DNA from: an uncultured Bacteriovoracaceae bacterium
Lineage (GTDB): Bacteria > Bdellovibrionota > UBA2394
DNA length: 64,000 nucleotides
Assembly (NCBI GenBank): GCA_964622975.1
Contig: CAZUTA010000002.1
Location: 192,207 to 256,206, forward strand
Reading direction: 5' to 3'
Below are positions 10,671 to 19,917 of this stretch, piece by piece (the first letter of the stretch is position 1; every line of letters begins with the position of its first letter). The notes beneath the pieces were generated by a model, which was not told where the DNA came from, did no database searches, and worked only from the letters and a program-made list of their open reading frames with translations. The position numbers and the translations under genes are program-made.

Positions 10671-11384
10671 GTGACTCAACAAAATAACTTGAGGGCTCTG
10701 GCTCAACGAATGGACGCTGCCCTGATCGTCATTGATCAACAGATTGATTTTCAGCCCTTGGGAGCTCTCGCAGTTGCGGGGGGAGATGAAGTGGTGCCTT
10801 CCATCGCAAAGTGGATGTATGAATTTAAAACAGTCGTGATGACTCAAGACTCCCATCCGGCTCATCATATTTCATTTGCGAGCTCGTATGTCGGAAAAAA
10901 TTCATTTGAAATTCTGAATTTGGCGGATTTGAAGGCGGGACAAATCAAATCAGAATATTTTACGGCAACGGAAATCGAAACCTATCTCAAAAAGACTCCC
11001 GGTCAAACTCAGACACTTTGGCCCGATCACTGTGTGGTGGGAACAAAGGGTTGGGGGTTCGATCCCCGTCTCCCGCTTGAGCGTGCTGATTTGATTTTGC
11101 GCAAAGGAGTTCGCCGAGAGTCGGACTCGTACTCTGCATTTTTTGAAAACGATGGTCGTGCGACGGGACTTTCTGGCTTTTTAAAGGAGAGGGGCATTGG
11201 CCAAGTCGTGGTTGTGGGGCTTGCGGGAGATTACTGTGTGGCCTGGTCGGCACTTGATGCTCAGAGAGAGGGATTTCAAACCCATTATGTGGAGTCTCTG
11301 ACGCGCTTTGTGAACTTTCCTGCAGGGAGTCGTGAGAGTACCTTGCAGCAATTGGCCGCGGCAAAAGTAAGCCTCGTAGACTGA
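10671..11384 (+). CDS. pncA: nicotinamidase/pyrazinamidase (isochorismatase family)
   Basis: ALIVIDQQIDF, catalytic Cys region GLAGDYCV; divergent from pncB, forming an NAD salvage pair. Confidence 0.8.
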   Translation: MTQQNNLRALAQRMDAALIVIDQQIDFQPLGALAVAGGDEVVPSIAKWMYEFKTVVMTQDSHPAHHISFASSYVGKNSFEILNLADLKAGQIKSEYFTATEIETYLKKTPGQTQTLWPDHCVVGTKGWGFDPRLPLERADLILRKGVRRESDSYSAFFENDGRATGLSGFLKERGIGQVVVVGLAGDYCVAWSALDAQREGFQTHYVESLTRFVNFPAGSRESTLQQLAAAKVSLVD

Positions 11385-11414
11385 GCCCCTTCGTCTCTGA
11401 GATAATCATTATTC

Positions 11415-11957
11415 ATGTCTGATGAATTGGTCATTGAGGGAAAAAGGGTCTCTTTGAGGAAATTGCGGCCTCAAGATTTGAATGAGACATATCTCGGATG
11501 GCTCAATGATCCTGAAGTTTTAAGATTCAGTGGCCGTAAAGGCACAAAGTCCACGATGGAGTCGCTTCAGAAATTCTATCAAGACTCGTTGACCTCTTCG
11601 GATTTGATTTTGGCAATTTGTCTCAAGCCCTCGCAAAAGCATATTGGCAACATCAGTCTCAATTCGATCAAGAAATTGCACCGATCTGCGGAGCTCTCCA
11701 TCATGGTGGGGGATAAGTCTCAGTGGGGCCAAGGTGTGGGAGGGGAAGCCATCAAAGTCCTGACAGACCATGCGTTTAAAGTTTTGAAGCTTCACCGTGT
11801 TTGGGCCGAATCTCCGAATCCAGGATTTAACAAAGCGGTCTCACGTCTCGGCTGGCAGAAAGAAGGTGTGAAGCGAGAGGCTTTTGAATTGGATGGCCGA
11901 ATGGTTGATTTTGAATGCTATTCGATTTTGCGCCCGGAGTGGGAACGCCAAAATTGA
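11415..11957 (+). CDS. GNAT family N-acetyltransferase (RimL-like)
   Basis: 180 aa; acetyl-CoA binding pattern QWGQGVGGEA; overlaps the tail of the next gene by about 40 nt. Confidence 0.7.
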   Translation: MSDELVIEGKRVSLRKLRPQDLNETYLGWLNDPEVLRFSGRKGTKSTMESLQKFYQDSLTSSDLILAICLKPSQKHIGNISLNSIKKLHRSAELSIMVGDKSQWGQGVGGEAIKVLTDHAFKVLKLHRVWAESPNPGFNKAVSRLGWQKEGVKREAFELDGRMVDFECYSILRPEWERQN

Positions 11958-13792
11958 AAGATGATCTGTGATGTTTCTGAGATTTCTTCAAAACTCTCAC
12001 TCAAAAACTTTTGAGTTTGCAAAAGATCGAGAATTTTAAAGTCGATGTATTCCCGGCTAGGGCGCTTAGTTATAAGATCTTCAAGTTCTCGAACGCTGAT
12101 TCGCAGTTTGATTTCGATCGCGAGGTCGATAAAGGACTGAGTGAGACCTCGAATCATCCCAAAAGCTCTTACAGTCTCAGCATGATGTTCGTGAACTCCG
12201 ACTTCCTCAAAGAGCTCCTCCAAAATTTGCGCCTGCCAGTCCACTTTCTGAGGGGATTTTACGAACTTTTTGTCAAAAGTTCCCGCGGGAACGAGTTCCC
12301 ACTTGAGTGGATCGTGCGTGACTCGATCAGAACGCTTTCCAAATACGAATTTGTTTTCTGCGATTACAATTCCGGTGACTCCGAGATTGATGAGCTGAAT
12401 TTGCTCATACAGCGTAGAGTCTTTGTGCTGGGCCAACAGATATTTGAAATCTCGAGAAGTCAGGCTCACTGCATCGCGCGCATAGGATTTTACGCAAAGG
12501 ATCTGTCCATTAAAGAGTTCAGGCTTCTTCTCGCATTCGGACTTCCAGATTCGATCAATCTGCGCCTCAGCATCCGGAGAAAGCGCTAAAGTGCTCTCCT
12601 GGTAAGTCAGTTGTAGCTTTTCTGAAACGCTCTCGACGCGGTAGTGGAGGACCTCAGGCATTAAATCTCTGAGATCAAACAGAGTCCGATAGAGACCGGG
12701 CCAAGACTTTTGCTTTTGGTCATGCGAGAGAGCGTAGGTGCGAACTCCCGAAAGTATTGCCGCTCGAGCGCCTTGTTCAGAATCTTCAATCGCTAGGGCT
12801 TCTCCAGGGCTGACCTTGAGGATTTCAAGAGCCTTCAAGTATGGCGCGGGTTGGGGTTTGTGCTCCTTTGTTTGCGAGGGATCGACGATGGCATCAATAG
12901 TGGATTGGAGCTGATGAGCCGTGAGCCAGTTCAAAACTGCACTTTGAGAATTAGAAGTCACGATCGCGACTTTTAGTCCTCTTTCTTTTGCCAGCTTTAA
13001 AACTTCAGGCGCCCCGGCCATGGGTTCAATCTTCAAAAGAGATTTTTGAATTCTCGACTGATAATCGAGGAGCAAAGTTTTGGAATCCTGCGTGATTCCG
13101 TATTTGCTTTTTAGAGATTCGATAACTTGTGCCAAGGGGGGTCCGTTCAAACTCTCAAACTCTGGTTCCGAACCTGATTGGCCGATGCTTTTGAGGAGGT
13201 CAAAATAAGACGCCTTCATGGCGGCCAGGGAGTTTGCGAGTGTCCCATCAAAATCAAAGAGGATCGCCTTTAAAGGAAGGCGAATTTCGAGGCCATATCT
13301 GAGAAGTCTGCAGTTCTCGCCCGTATCGGGGATCAACCTCTCGATTTGGTCCATGAACTGAAATCCGGCACGTTCAAAACTCACGATGGATGCTTTGTTT
13401 TGAGGGCGGATCTCGGCGAGTACAAACTGATAACCATATTGGTGAGCGATCTGCTGAGAGAGTTTAAGTGATGCAGTTCCTACACCTTTGCCGCGCTCCT
13501 TTGGAGAGACGTTAATGGAGATATCACAAGCCCTTCGATCCAAAGAGAGAGGATCCGCAGGGAGCGCGCGAAATCTCAAGAACGCAACAGGCGTGGAGCC
13601 CCTCCTGACGAATCCGCAAGAAGAGACACGAGGATTCAAATAGTCAGATTGATATTCTTTCCAAAAGGAGTCCCAAACCTTGGGAGTGTGATGAAGCGCC
13701 ATCGAGAGCGTCGTGGGATCGTTTCGCCATTCCATAATGAGGCGAGCATCTTCTTCTCGTAGTTGGCAGGGTTCATAGCTCAAGGTCGACAT
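11918..13792 (-). CDS. three-domain fusion protein: N-terminal GNAT acetyltransferase, central HAD-superfamily hydrolase, C-terminal Nudix-like domain
   Basis: GNAT motif ERGKGVGTASL; HAD motif I ILFDFDGTLANS and downstream HAD motifs; C-terminal region WELVPAGTFD...ILEELFEEVGV resembles a degenerate Nudix box. Confidence 0.6.
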   Translation of the reverse strand: MSTLSYEPCQLREEDARLIMEWRNDPTTLSMALHHTPKVWDSFWKEYQSDYLNPRVSSCGFVRRGSTPVAFLRFRALPADPLSLDRRACDISINVSPKERGKGVGTASLKLSQQIAHQYGYQFVLAEIRPQNKASIVSFERAGFQFMDQIERLIPDTGENCRLLRYGLEIRLPLKAILFDFDGTLANSLAAMKASYFDLLKSIGQSGSEPEFESLNGPPLAQVIESLKSKYGITQDSKTLLLDYQSRIQKSLLKIEPMAGAPEVLKLAKERGLKVAIVTSNSQSAVLNWLTAHQLQSTIDAIVDPSQTKEHKPQPAPYLKALEILKVSPGEALAIEDSEQGARAAILSGVRTYALSHDQKQKSWPGLYRTLFDLRDLMPEVLHYRVESVSEKLQLTYQESTLALSPDAEAQIDRIWKSECEKKPELFNGQILCVKSYARDAVSLTSRDFKYLLAQHKDSTLYEQIQLINLGVTGIVIAENKFVFGKRSDRVTHDPLKWELVPAGTFDKKFVKSPQKVDWQAQILEELFEEVGVHEHHAETVRAFGMIRGLTQSFIDLAIEIKLRISVRELEDLITKRPSREYIDFKILDLLQTQKFLSESFEEISETSQIIFQFWRSHSGRKIE

Positions 13793-13944
13793 TCTCTATC
13801 AGTGTATCGATGATTCTCTGTGTCATGGAAGCAAACCTTGCTGCAAAGCAGAGAGATTTCTGCGATTCGATGCGCTGCTGCATCGACATTTTTTGTAAAT
13901 CTTTCGCTCGACCTTGAATCGCGAGATACTGAAACAAACAGGGA

Positions 13945-15153
13945 GTGTTTTCAATGATCAAGCCATCGAAGATTCAATACTGCACACGCTGCGTTTATCC
14001 TGGGGTATCGGCCACACCGCTGACCTTTGACGAAAAGGGAGTTTGTTCTGGATGCCGAACCTTTGAAGAGCAGAGTCAGGTGGATTGGTCCAAGCGCCGC
14101 AAGCTCTTTGATCGATTGATCGAGGACTATCGCTCCAAGGATGGCAGCAATTACGATGTGGTGATTGCGGTTTCGGGAGGTAAGGACTCGTTTTGGCAAG
14201 CGCATCTCTTTACGAAGGAGTACGGCCTCAAGGCTCTATTTGTTTGCTATGCGGAAAATAATCATACAGATGTCGGAATGCGAAACATTCAAAGAATGAA
14301 GGAGTCCTTTAAGGGAGACTTTTTGCATTTTACTCCTCAGGTGGATGTACTCAAAAAATTGAATCGCCTCGGGATGCTCAAAATGGGCGATCCCAATTGG
14401 CATACGCATATTGGCATCATGACCTATCCCGTGCAAATGGCCGCTCGATTTAATGTGAAGCTCTTCAATTATGGCGAGCATGGATTCATGAATCTCGGCG
14501 GGATGCATTCCTATAATGATCTTGTGGAGTTTACTCGCAAGTATCGAACCGAGCATATGTGCCGAGGGTTTGATTGGTTTGATATGTGCGAGGCGACCGA
14601 AGGCTTGACTAAACAGGATATGCTTTGGGCCCACTATCCGACTGATGAGGAAATCGAAGAAAAAGGACTCAGAGGAATATTTATCTCTAACTATTTTGGT
14701 TGGAATCAAGCCGAGCACACCAAGAAAGTGAAAGAACTCTACAAGTTTGAAGAGTCTCCGACGCCAATTTTTAGATCCTTCAGTCGGGATTCCAATTTGA
14801 ACGATATTCACGATGATGGAATCCACGACTATATGAAGTACATCAAGTTTGGATACGGTCGTGCAACGGATCACGCCTGTCGAGAGATTCGACAGGGGCG
14901 CATGACTCGCGAGCAAGGGATCGAAATGGTTCGAGCTTATGACCATGTTGTGCCAGGCGACATTCCACGATGGCTTGAGTATGTGGGTTGGACACGGCCC
15001 TATCTTGAAGAAGTCATGGATAAGTTTCGGTCTCCCAAAGTCTGGGTCAAGAATGAGTATGGTCAGTGGATGAAGTGGAATATCTGGGATAAGGACCAGC
15101 CCACTGTGGTGAAATCCGTGGATTCTGAGCCTTCAGCTCCACACGTAAATTAG
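13945..15153 (+). CDS. N-acetyl sugar amidotransferase (WbuX/PseA-like PP-loop ATPase)
   Basis: N-terminal CTRC...CSGC zinc ribbon followed by PP-loop SGGKDS; 402 aa matches the family architecture. Confidence 0.7.
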   Translation: MFSMIKPSKIQYCTRCVYPGVSATPLTFDEKGVCSGCRTFEEQSQVDWSKRRKLFDRLIEDYRSKDGSNYDVVIAVSGGKDSFWQAHLFTKEYGLKALFVCYAENNHTDVGMRNIQRMKESFKGDFLHFTPQVDVLKKLNRLGMLKMGDPNWHTHIGIMTYPVQMAARFNVKLFNYGEHGFMNLGGMHSYNDLVEFTRKYRTEHMCRGFDWFDMCEATEGLTKQDMLWAHYPTDEEIEEKGLRGIFISNYFGWNQAEHTKKVKELYKFEESPTPIFRSFSRDSNLNDIHDDGIHDYMKYIKFGYGRATDHACREIRQGRMTREQGIEMVRAYDHVVPGDIPRWLEYVGWTRPYLEEVMDKFRSPKVWVKNEYGQWMKWNIWDKDQPTVVKSVDSEPSAPHVN

Positions 15154-15234
15154 TTAACATTCTGTAAAGCTTGGTTCAGAGATCGCATCCAAATTGCCTT
15201 CGAGTGCTCTCAGCAGTAAATATTTTCTGGGTTT

Positions 15235-15891
15235 ATGGTGTTTCGAGGGAGGAGCTCTCTAAGAGTTGCGGTCTTATTTTTTGGGCTTTCGGCTTTTTCG
15301 TCACTTCATGCGGATCGAATAAGGGAGGAGGCGTGTCGCCAAATCCTTCGAGGGTCCATCATGAGCACCGCTCCTGGTGAATGGAAGATAGCCGGCACTC
15401 CGATTGGGCAAGGCACGATTTCCTTTCAGGTATACTCTGCCAAAAATATTCCAGAAAAATTGAATTTTTATGCGGGGGAAAGACCCCTCGTTTTTATTGA
15501 GAACTATCGAGGAGTCGAGGGAAGGCCCAGTTATGGCACTCAGTTATTGAATTTTGTTGTGGAGGATTATCCACAGGCTGCGCTCGCCGGTCAGATGGCC
15601 GAGGTGAACAAGATGAGACTGATGGATGCGTTGTTGGATTGGCATCGAAAGGGCCGGCCAAGGAATTTTGATTTTTCAAACGTACCTTTTTTGAGACTTC
15701 AAAGGCCCTTCAGCATTTTCGTCAAAGAAAACTCGAGTGAGACCGGTCGTAATTCTTATGCGGTCCGCATCCTCTATCCGGATCTATCAGATAGGCGCGG
15801 CGGAGTTTTCTTGAATCAGGCGGATATTCCTTCTGATGCTCACTTTACGGAGTGGCTCTCAAAGGGGTTCGTCTTTTATCCAAAAAAATAG
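15235..15891 (+). CDS. hypothetical secreted protein
   Basis: 218-aa ORF with an N-terminal hydrophobic signal-like region; no recognisable motifs. Confidence 0.35.
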   Translation: MVFRGRSSLRVAVLFFGLSAFSSLHADRIREEACRQILRGSIMSTAPGEWKIAGTPIGQGTISFQVYSAKNIPEKLNFYAGERPLVFIENYRGVEGRPSYGTQLLNFVVEDYPQAALAGQMAEVNKMRLMDALLDWHRKGRPRNFDFSNVPFLRLQRPFSIFVKENSSETGRNSYAVRILYPDLSDRRGGVFLNQADIPSDAHFTEWLSKGFVFYPKK

Positions 15892-15896
15892 TTCCG

Positions 15897-16307
15897 CTAG
15901 AGTCGTTTAGAAATCTTCTGAAGCACGGCTTTTTCTTCACTCGAGATGTGATCCGTTCCCGAGCCCGTCGCCTTTGCCACTCGTTCTGCAGCTTCTACAA
16001 TCCAGTGGGTGTCACCGTGGCGCGCCGCTTTGAGTTCCTGGAACAAAGGTTCCACAGCCAGTTTTGCCTTTTGCCAAATCTCGTCAGCGGGCTTTTTGCT
16101 CAACCAGCCCGTCAGCAGTTCATGTGCTGTAGATCCTTTTTGAATACCGCGCTTTTCCATCATCAAAGTAATTTCAGCCTTTTCTTCATTCTGAATTTTT
16201 CCATCAGCCCAGGCCGTATCAATCAATGGCACCAAATAAAGAGCTCGCAATGAGTCTGTGTTGAATCCTTCTTCTTTCAGGTCCTCGATAAGCTGACTAT
16301 TAATCAT
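15897..16307 (-). CDS. TerB-like (tellurite-resistance TerB family) small protein
   Basis: 136 aa helical; DTAWADGKIQNEEKAEI resembles the TerB DG..E repeat. Confidence 0.35.
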   Translation of the reverse strand: MINSQLIEDLKEEGFNTDSLRALYLVPLIDTAWADGKIQNEEKAEITLMMEKRGIQKGSTAHELLTGWLSKKPADEIWQKAKLAVEPLFQELKAARHGDTHWIVEAAERVAKATGSGTDHISSEEKAVLQKISKRL

Positions 16308-16320
16308 ATAGGTCGAAGCG

Positions 16321-18843
16321 TTATCGACTCACCGGCAAACTTTCAAGTTTGATTTTAAGAGCGATAAATGTCTCTGGGTGTGGTGTTTGAGTAAAGCCCT
16401 CCTGGCTCTTACCCGCTTCGATCGCGAGAGTTTCGGCGGAGGCAAAGTTTTGGATCACTCGAGCAACACTTTGCAAATGGGAAACCCCAGACTCCGAAGT
16501 AACAATCTTGAGAGATTCGGCAGGTGTTTTGAATCCGACTTGCATCTGCGACTTGAAGGTACGGATGCCGCTGATGACGCTCACAAGGAGTTCTCCACTC
16601 ATTTGAGCTTCGGTTTCTTCTTTGCTCAGCGGACTGATACTCGGAATCAGGAGTTCATGAATGCTTCCAGACTTTTCAAATTGCTTAAAATACAATTGAT
16701 AAATCTCTTCTGTGATATGTGGCACATAGGGCGCGTAGAGTTTGAGGAGACTCAATAAAACTTCATAGACGGTTTGATAGGCGCTCGCCTGTTCTTCTGC
16801 ACTGCCCGTTTGAGCGCGGCACTTTACGAATTCAATATAGTTGTCACAAAAAGTGATCCAAAAAAACTTATCGAGATCGATTCTTGCCTTGTGAAGTTCG
16901 TACTCATCGAGGGCCTTGACGTAGCTTTCGATGACCTGCTTGAGCCGCCCACGGACCCACTTGTCTTCGGCATTCACAATTTTGGTTTGTGAGTGGGGCG
17001 AAAAGCCCTCGAGAGACATGAGTGCAAACCGAGTGGCATTCCAGAGTTTGTTCAAAAATTTATTTCCCTCTTGGATAGCCGTCTCGTCAAAGATTGTATC
17101 ACTCCCAAGGCTGACACCCGCCGTCCAAAGCCGGATCGCATCGGCACAATGACGTTCTAGAATTTTGTCCGGAGCAAACTGCTCTCCGTCTTTGGATTTA
17201 GAGATTTTTGTTTTGCGAGCAAATTCTTGTCCTTCGAGTTGAGCGCCCTCGACTTTTACTCCAGGTTTTTGAACATGACCGCTGATGACAATGTCCTTCC
17301 AGGGGATGCGACCAAAATGAAAATAGGATTTAGCGATCGTGTAAAATGCCCAGGTGCGAATAATATCATGTGCCTGAGGGCGCATGCTCATGGGTAAAAA
17401 GTTCTTTCGTTCTTCTTTGCCTGCCCATCGCGCGTTGATGAGGGGAGTGACAGAACTCGTGGCCCACGTGTCCATCACATCTTGGTCAGCCACCCATTCT
17501 CCATCCGTGGGGATCTGCTCGGTGGGATCGATCGGCAACTGATTGATCTCGGCAATGCGAACCTGTTGGCCGTCTTTAGAATACCAGGCAGGAATTGGCA
17601 CACCAAATGAGCGTTGCCGCGAAATCGCCCAGTCCCATGACAAGTTCTCCACCCAGTTTTCGAAACGAGAACGCATATGCTCTGGGGTCCAATGAATCTC
17701 ACGACCCATCTTGATGAGCTCGGCCTTCATATCACAAACCTTGATAAACCATTGTGGCTGAACCAAATACTCGACGGGTGTTCCGCACCGCTCGTGAGTA
17801 TTGACGACGCGATCCTTGGCAGCGACCTCGATTGTTTTAACGACGAATCCCTTATCCTTGAGTGCCAAAATAATTTTTTCGCGAGCTTCTTTGATCTTGA
17901 GACCCGAAAACTCACCGGCGAGTTCTGTCATTTTGCCAATCTTTGAAATTCCTTCGCGCAGCGGTAATTTGTGCTGACGCCACCAGGCGATATCCGTGGT
18001 GTCTCCAAACGTACAGCACATCACGGCTCCACTGCCCTTGTCGATTTGAGCCTTTTCGTCGGGGAGAATGGGTACTTCCAGATTGAAGAGCGGAACTCGA
18101 GCTTTCTTCCCCACATAGTTTTTATAACGATCGTCATCGGGGTGGACAAAAATTGCCACGCAGGCGCACAAAAGCTCAGGCCGGGTGGAAGCAATCACAA
18201 TCGGATTCAGGCCTGGGACTTCAAAATTCATATGAACAAACTGAGTGCCGAGATTGACGTCATCGATTTCGGCTTGTGCAAATGAAGTCGAACACTGAAC
18301 GCACCAAAGTGCGGGTTCGGCGCGACGCTCGAGTCGTCCCTTTTTGTAGAGATCTACAAAGGACCACTGCGAAATCCGACGGCTCTCGTCAGAGATCGTC
18401 GAATAGGCCGAATCAAAGTCACAAGAAAACCCCATCTGTGTCCAAAGATTTTGAAAGAGAGAAGAATATTTGATCCCTGTGGCTCGACAGAGTTCTCGAA
18501 ATTTTTTTCGCTCTGTTTGGTAGGATTTAATGTTGTTGTCTTTTTCGGTAAGAATCTCAGTGGGCAGTCCATTGTCATCATATCCAAAAGGATAATAGAC
18601 GTTAAATCCCCTCATTCGTTTGTATCGGCTGATGATCTCGGTGTGGGTGTAACTAAAGACATGCCCAATATGCAGTTTTCCAGAGACTGTCGGTGGAGGC
18701 GTATCAATCGAAAAAACGGGCTTTGAAGAAGCGGGATCAAAACCATAGAGCTGCTGACGTTTGTCCGCCCAGAAAGTTTGAGACTTGGGTTCGATCTGTT
18801 TGGGTTCGTATCGTTTAGGAAATGTATCCGCAATCGAGGCCAT
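16321..18843 (-). CDS. valS: valine--tRNA ligase (short, archaeal/eukaryote-like form)
   Basis: PPPTVSGKLHIGH (HIGH), KISKSK (KMSKS-like), class-I editing-enzyme layout; 840 aa and lacks the bacterial C-terminal coiled coil; IleRS is separately present. Confidence 0.75.
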   Translation of the reverse strand: MASIADTFPKRYEPKQIEPKSQTFWADKRQQLYGFDPASSKPVFSIDTPPPTVSGKLHIGHVFSYTHTEIISRYKRMRGFNVYYPFGYDDNGLPTEILTEKDNNIKSYQTERKKFRELCRATGIKYSSLFQNLWTQMGFSCDFDSAYSTISDESRRISQWSFVDLYKKGRLERRAEPALWCVQCSTSFAQAEIDDVNLGTQFVHMNFEVPGLNPIVIASTRPELLCACVAIFVHPDDDRYKNYVGKKARVPLFNLEVPILPDEKAQIDKGSGAVMCCTFGDTTDIAWWRQHKLPLREGISKIGKMTELAGEFSGLKIKEAREKIILALKDKGFVVKTIEVAAKDRVVNTHERCGTPVEYLVQPQWFIKVCDMKAELIKMGREIHWTPEHMRSRFENWVENLSWDWAISRQRSFGVPIPAWYSKDGQQVRIAEINQLPIDPTEQIPTDGEWVADQDVMDTWATSSVTPLINARWAGKEERKNFLPMSMRPQAHDIIRTWAFYTIAKSYFHFGRIPWKDIVISGHVQKPGVKVEGAQLEGQEFARKTKISKSKDGEQFAPDKILERHCADAIRLWTAGVSLGSDTIFDETAIQEGNKFLNKLWNATRFALMSLEGFSPHSQTKIVNAEDKWVRGRLKQVIESYVKALDEYELHKARIDLDKFFWITFCDNYIEFVKCRAQTGSAEEQASAYQTVYEVLLSLLKLYAPYVPHITEEIYQLYFKQFEKSGSIHELLIPSISPLSKEETEAQMSGELLVSVISGIRTFKSQMQVGFKTPAESLKIVTSESGVSHLQSVARVIQNFASAETLAIEAGKSQEGFTQTPHPETFIALKIKLESLPVSR

Positions 18844-19344
18844 TGGGGGAAGCTATCAAAGCTGCCTAGCCTCGTAAAATGCTGGTTCAGGGTAGTTTAA
18901 GAAGTTCTGCTACGGCAATAGTCGTGGGCTTTCCGGCTCCTGGGCTTGCTGTGCCCCAGCCCAATATCATGGAGCCGCTTTGTTCAAACTGGATTCGTGG
19001 ATCCTCTTTCAACGCTTTAACCAATCGCCCAAGATCGGGCTGCGTCGGATCACTTCGTTCAAAGACACTTGTCGTAAAACTCCACAATGAATTTGGCGGC
19101 ATGAGTTTGATTGCGAGCTTTGAGGGTATCGAAGAGACTCAAGTGTATGCCTTCGCTCTGAAGAGTACTGACTTCCAAATGGCTGAGCATTCGATCACAG
19201 GCCGTGCGCGCCCAAAGGGAGGGAGTGAACAATGCATTCAACCCAAAAGCCCCCACCAAAAAAAGCGTGAATCGCAAAAGAATGATTCTCCTTAAACCTC
19301 TACTTATAATAATCCTGGCGACTAGATTGCGATAGGGGGCAACA

Positions 19345-19911
19345 GTGATCAAATTAATTCTCAGTTTACACTTTGTTTTGTTCAGCTATTCATCGCTGAT
19401 GGCAAAAGAGTCGACAGTGAGTCTACAGCTTGAAACAGCAACATTAGCTGGGGGATGTTTTTGGGGAGTGGAAGAGCTGCTGCGGCAGTTTCCTGGAGTC
19501 GTCGGCACAGAGGTGGGTTACACCGGTGGAGACGTAAAGAATGCCAAGTACGAAGAAGTCAAAACCGGAAAGACCGGGCATGCCGAAGCCGTTCAGATTA
19601 CTTTTGATCCCCGAAAGACCTCTTACGAAGCAATTTTAAAATACTTCTTTAAACTCCATGATCCAACGACCCTCAATCAGCAAGGCAATGACAAAGGGAC
19701 TCAATATCGCTCTGCGATCTTTTTTCATTCTGACGAGCAAAAGCGCATCGCCGAAAAAGTAAAAGCCGAAGTGGATCAATCCGGCAAATGGAAAAAGCCT
19801 CTGGTGACCCAGATTATCGCGTTCAGTTATTTTGTTGTGGCCGAGGATTATCACCAAGATTATCTGCAAAAGAATCCGAACGGATATACCTGTCACTATA
19901 TTAGAGAGTAG
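19345..19911 (+). CDS. msrA: peptide-methionine (S)-S-oxide reductase MsrA with signal peptide
   Basis: GGCFWGVEE active-site motif; hydrophobic N-terminus suggests periplasmic export; GTG start. Confidence 0.9.
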   Translation: MIKLILSLHFVLFSYSSLMAKESTVSLQLETATLAGGCFWGVEELLRQFPGVVGTEVGYTGGDVKNAKYEEVKTGKTGHAEAVQITFDPRKTSYEAILKYFFKLHDPTTLNQQGNDKGTQYRSAIFFHSDEQKRIAEKVKAEVDQSGKWKKPLVTQIIAFSYFVVAEDYHQDYLQKNPNGYTCHYIRE

Positions 19912-19917
19912 AGAGAA

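Noticed and set aside
18887-19102. 71-aa minus-strand ORF upstream of valS
   Set aside because: The translation is moderately protein-like, but there is no SD and it lies in a region of competing overlapping ORFs. Left unannotated; it could be a real small protein.
19059-19352. 97-aa minus-strand ORF (TTG start) overlapping the msrA 5' region
   Set aside because: Its apparent TM segment derives from the antisense of an A-rich tract (aaaagcccccaccaaaaaaagcg); there is no RBS and it overlaps the msrA start.
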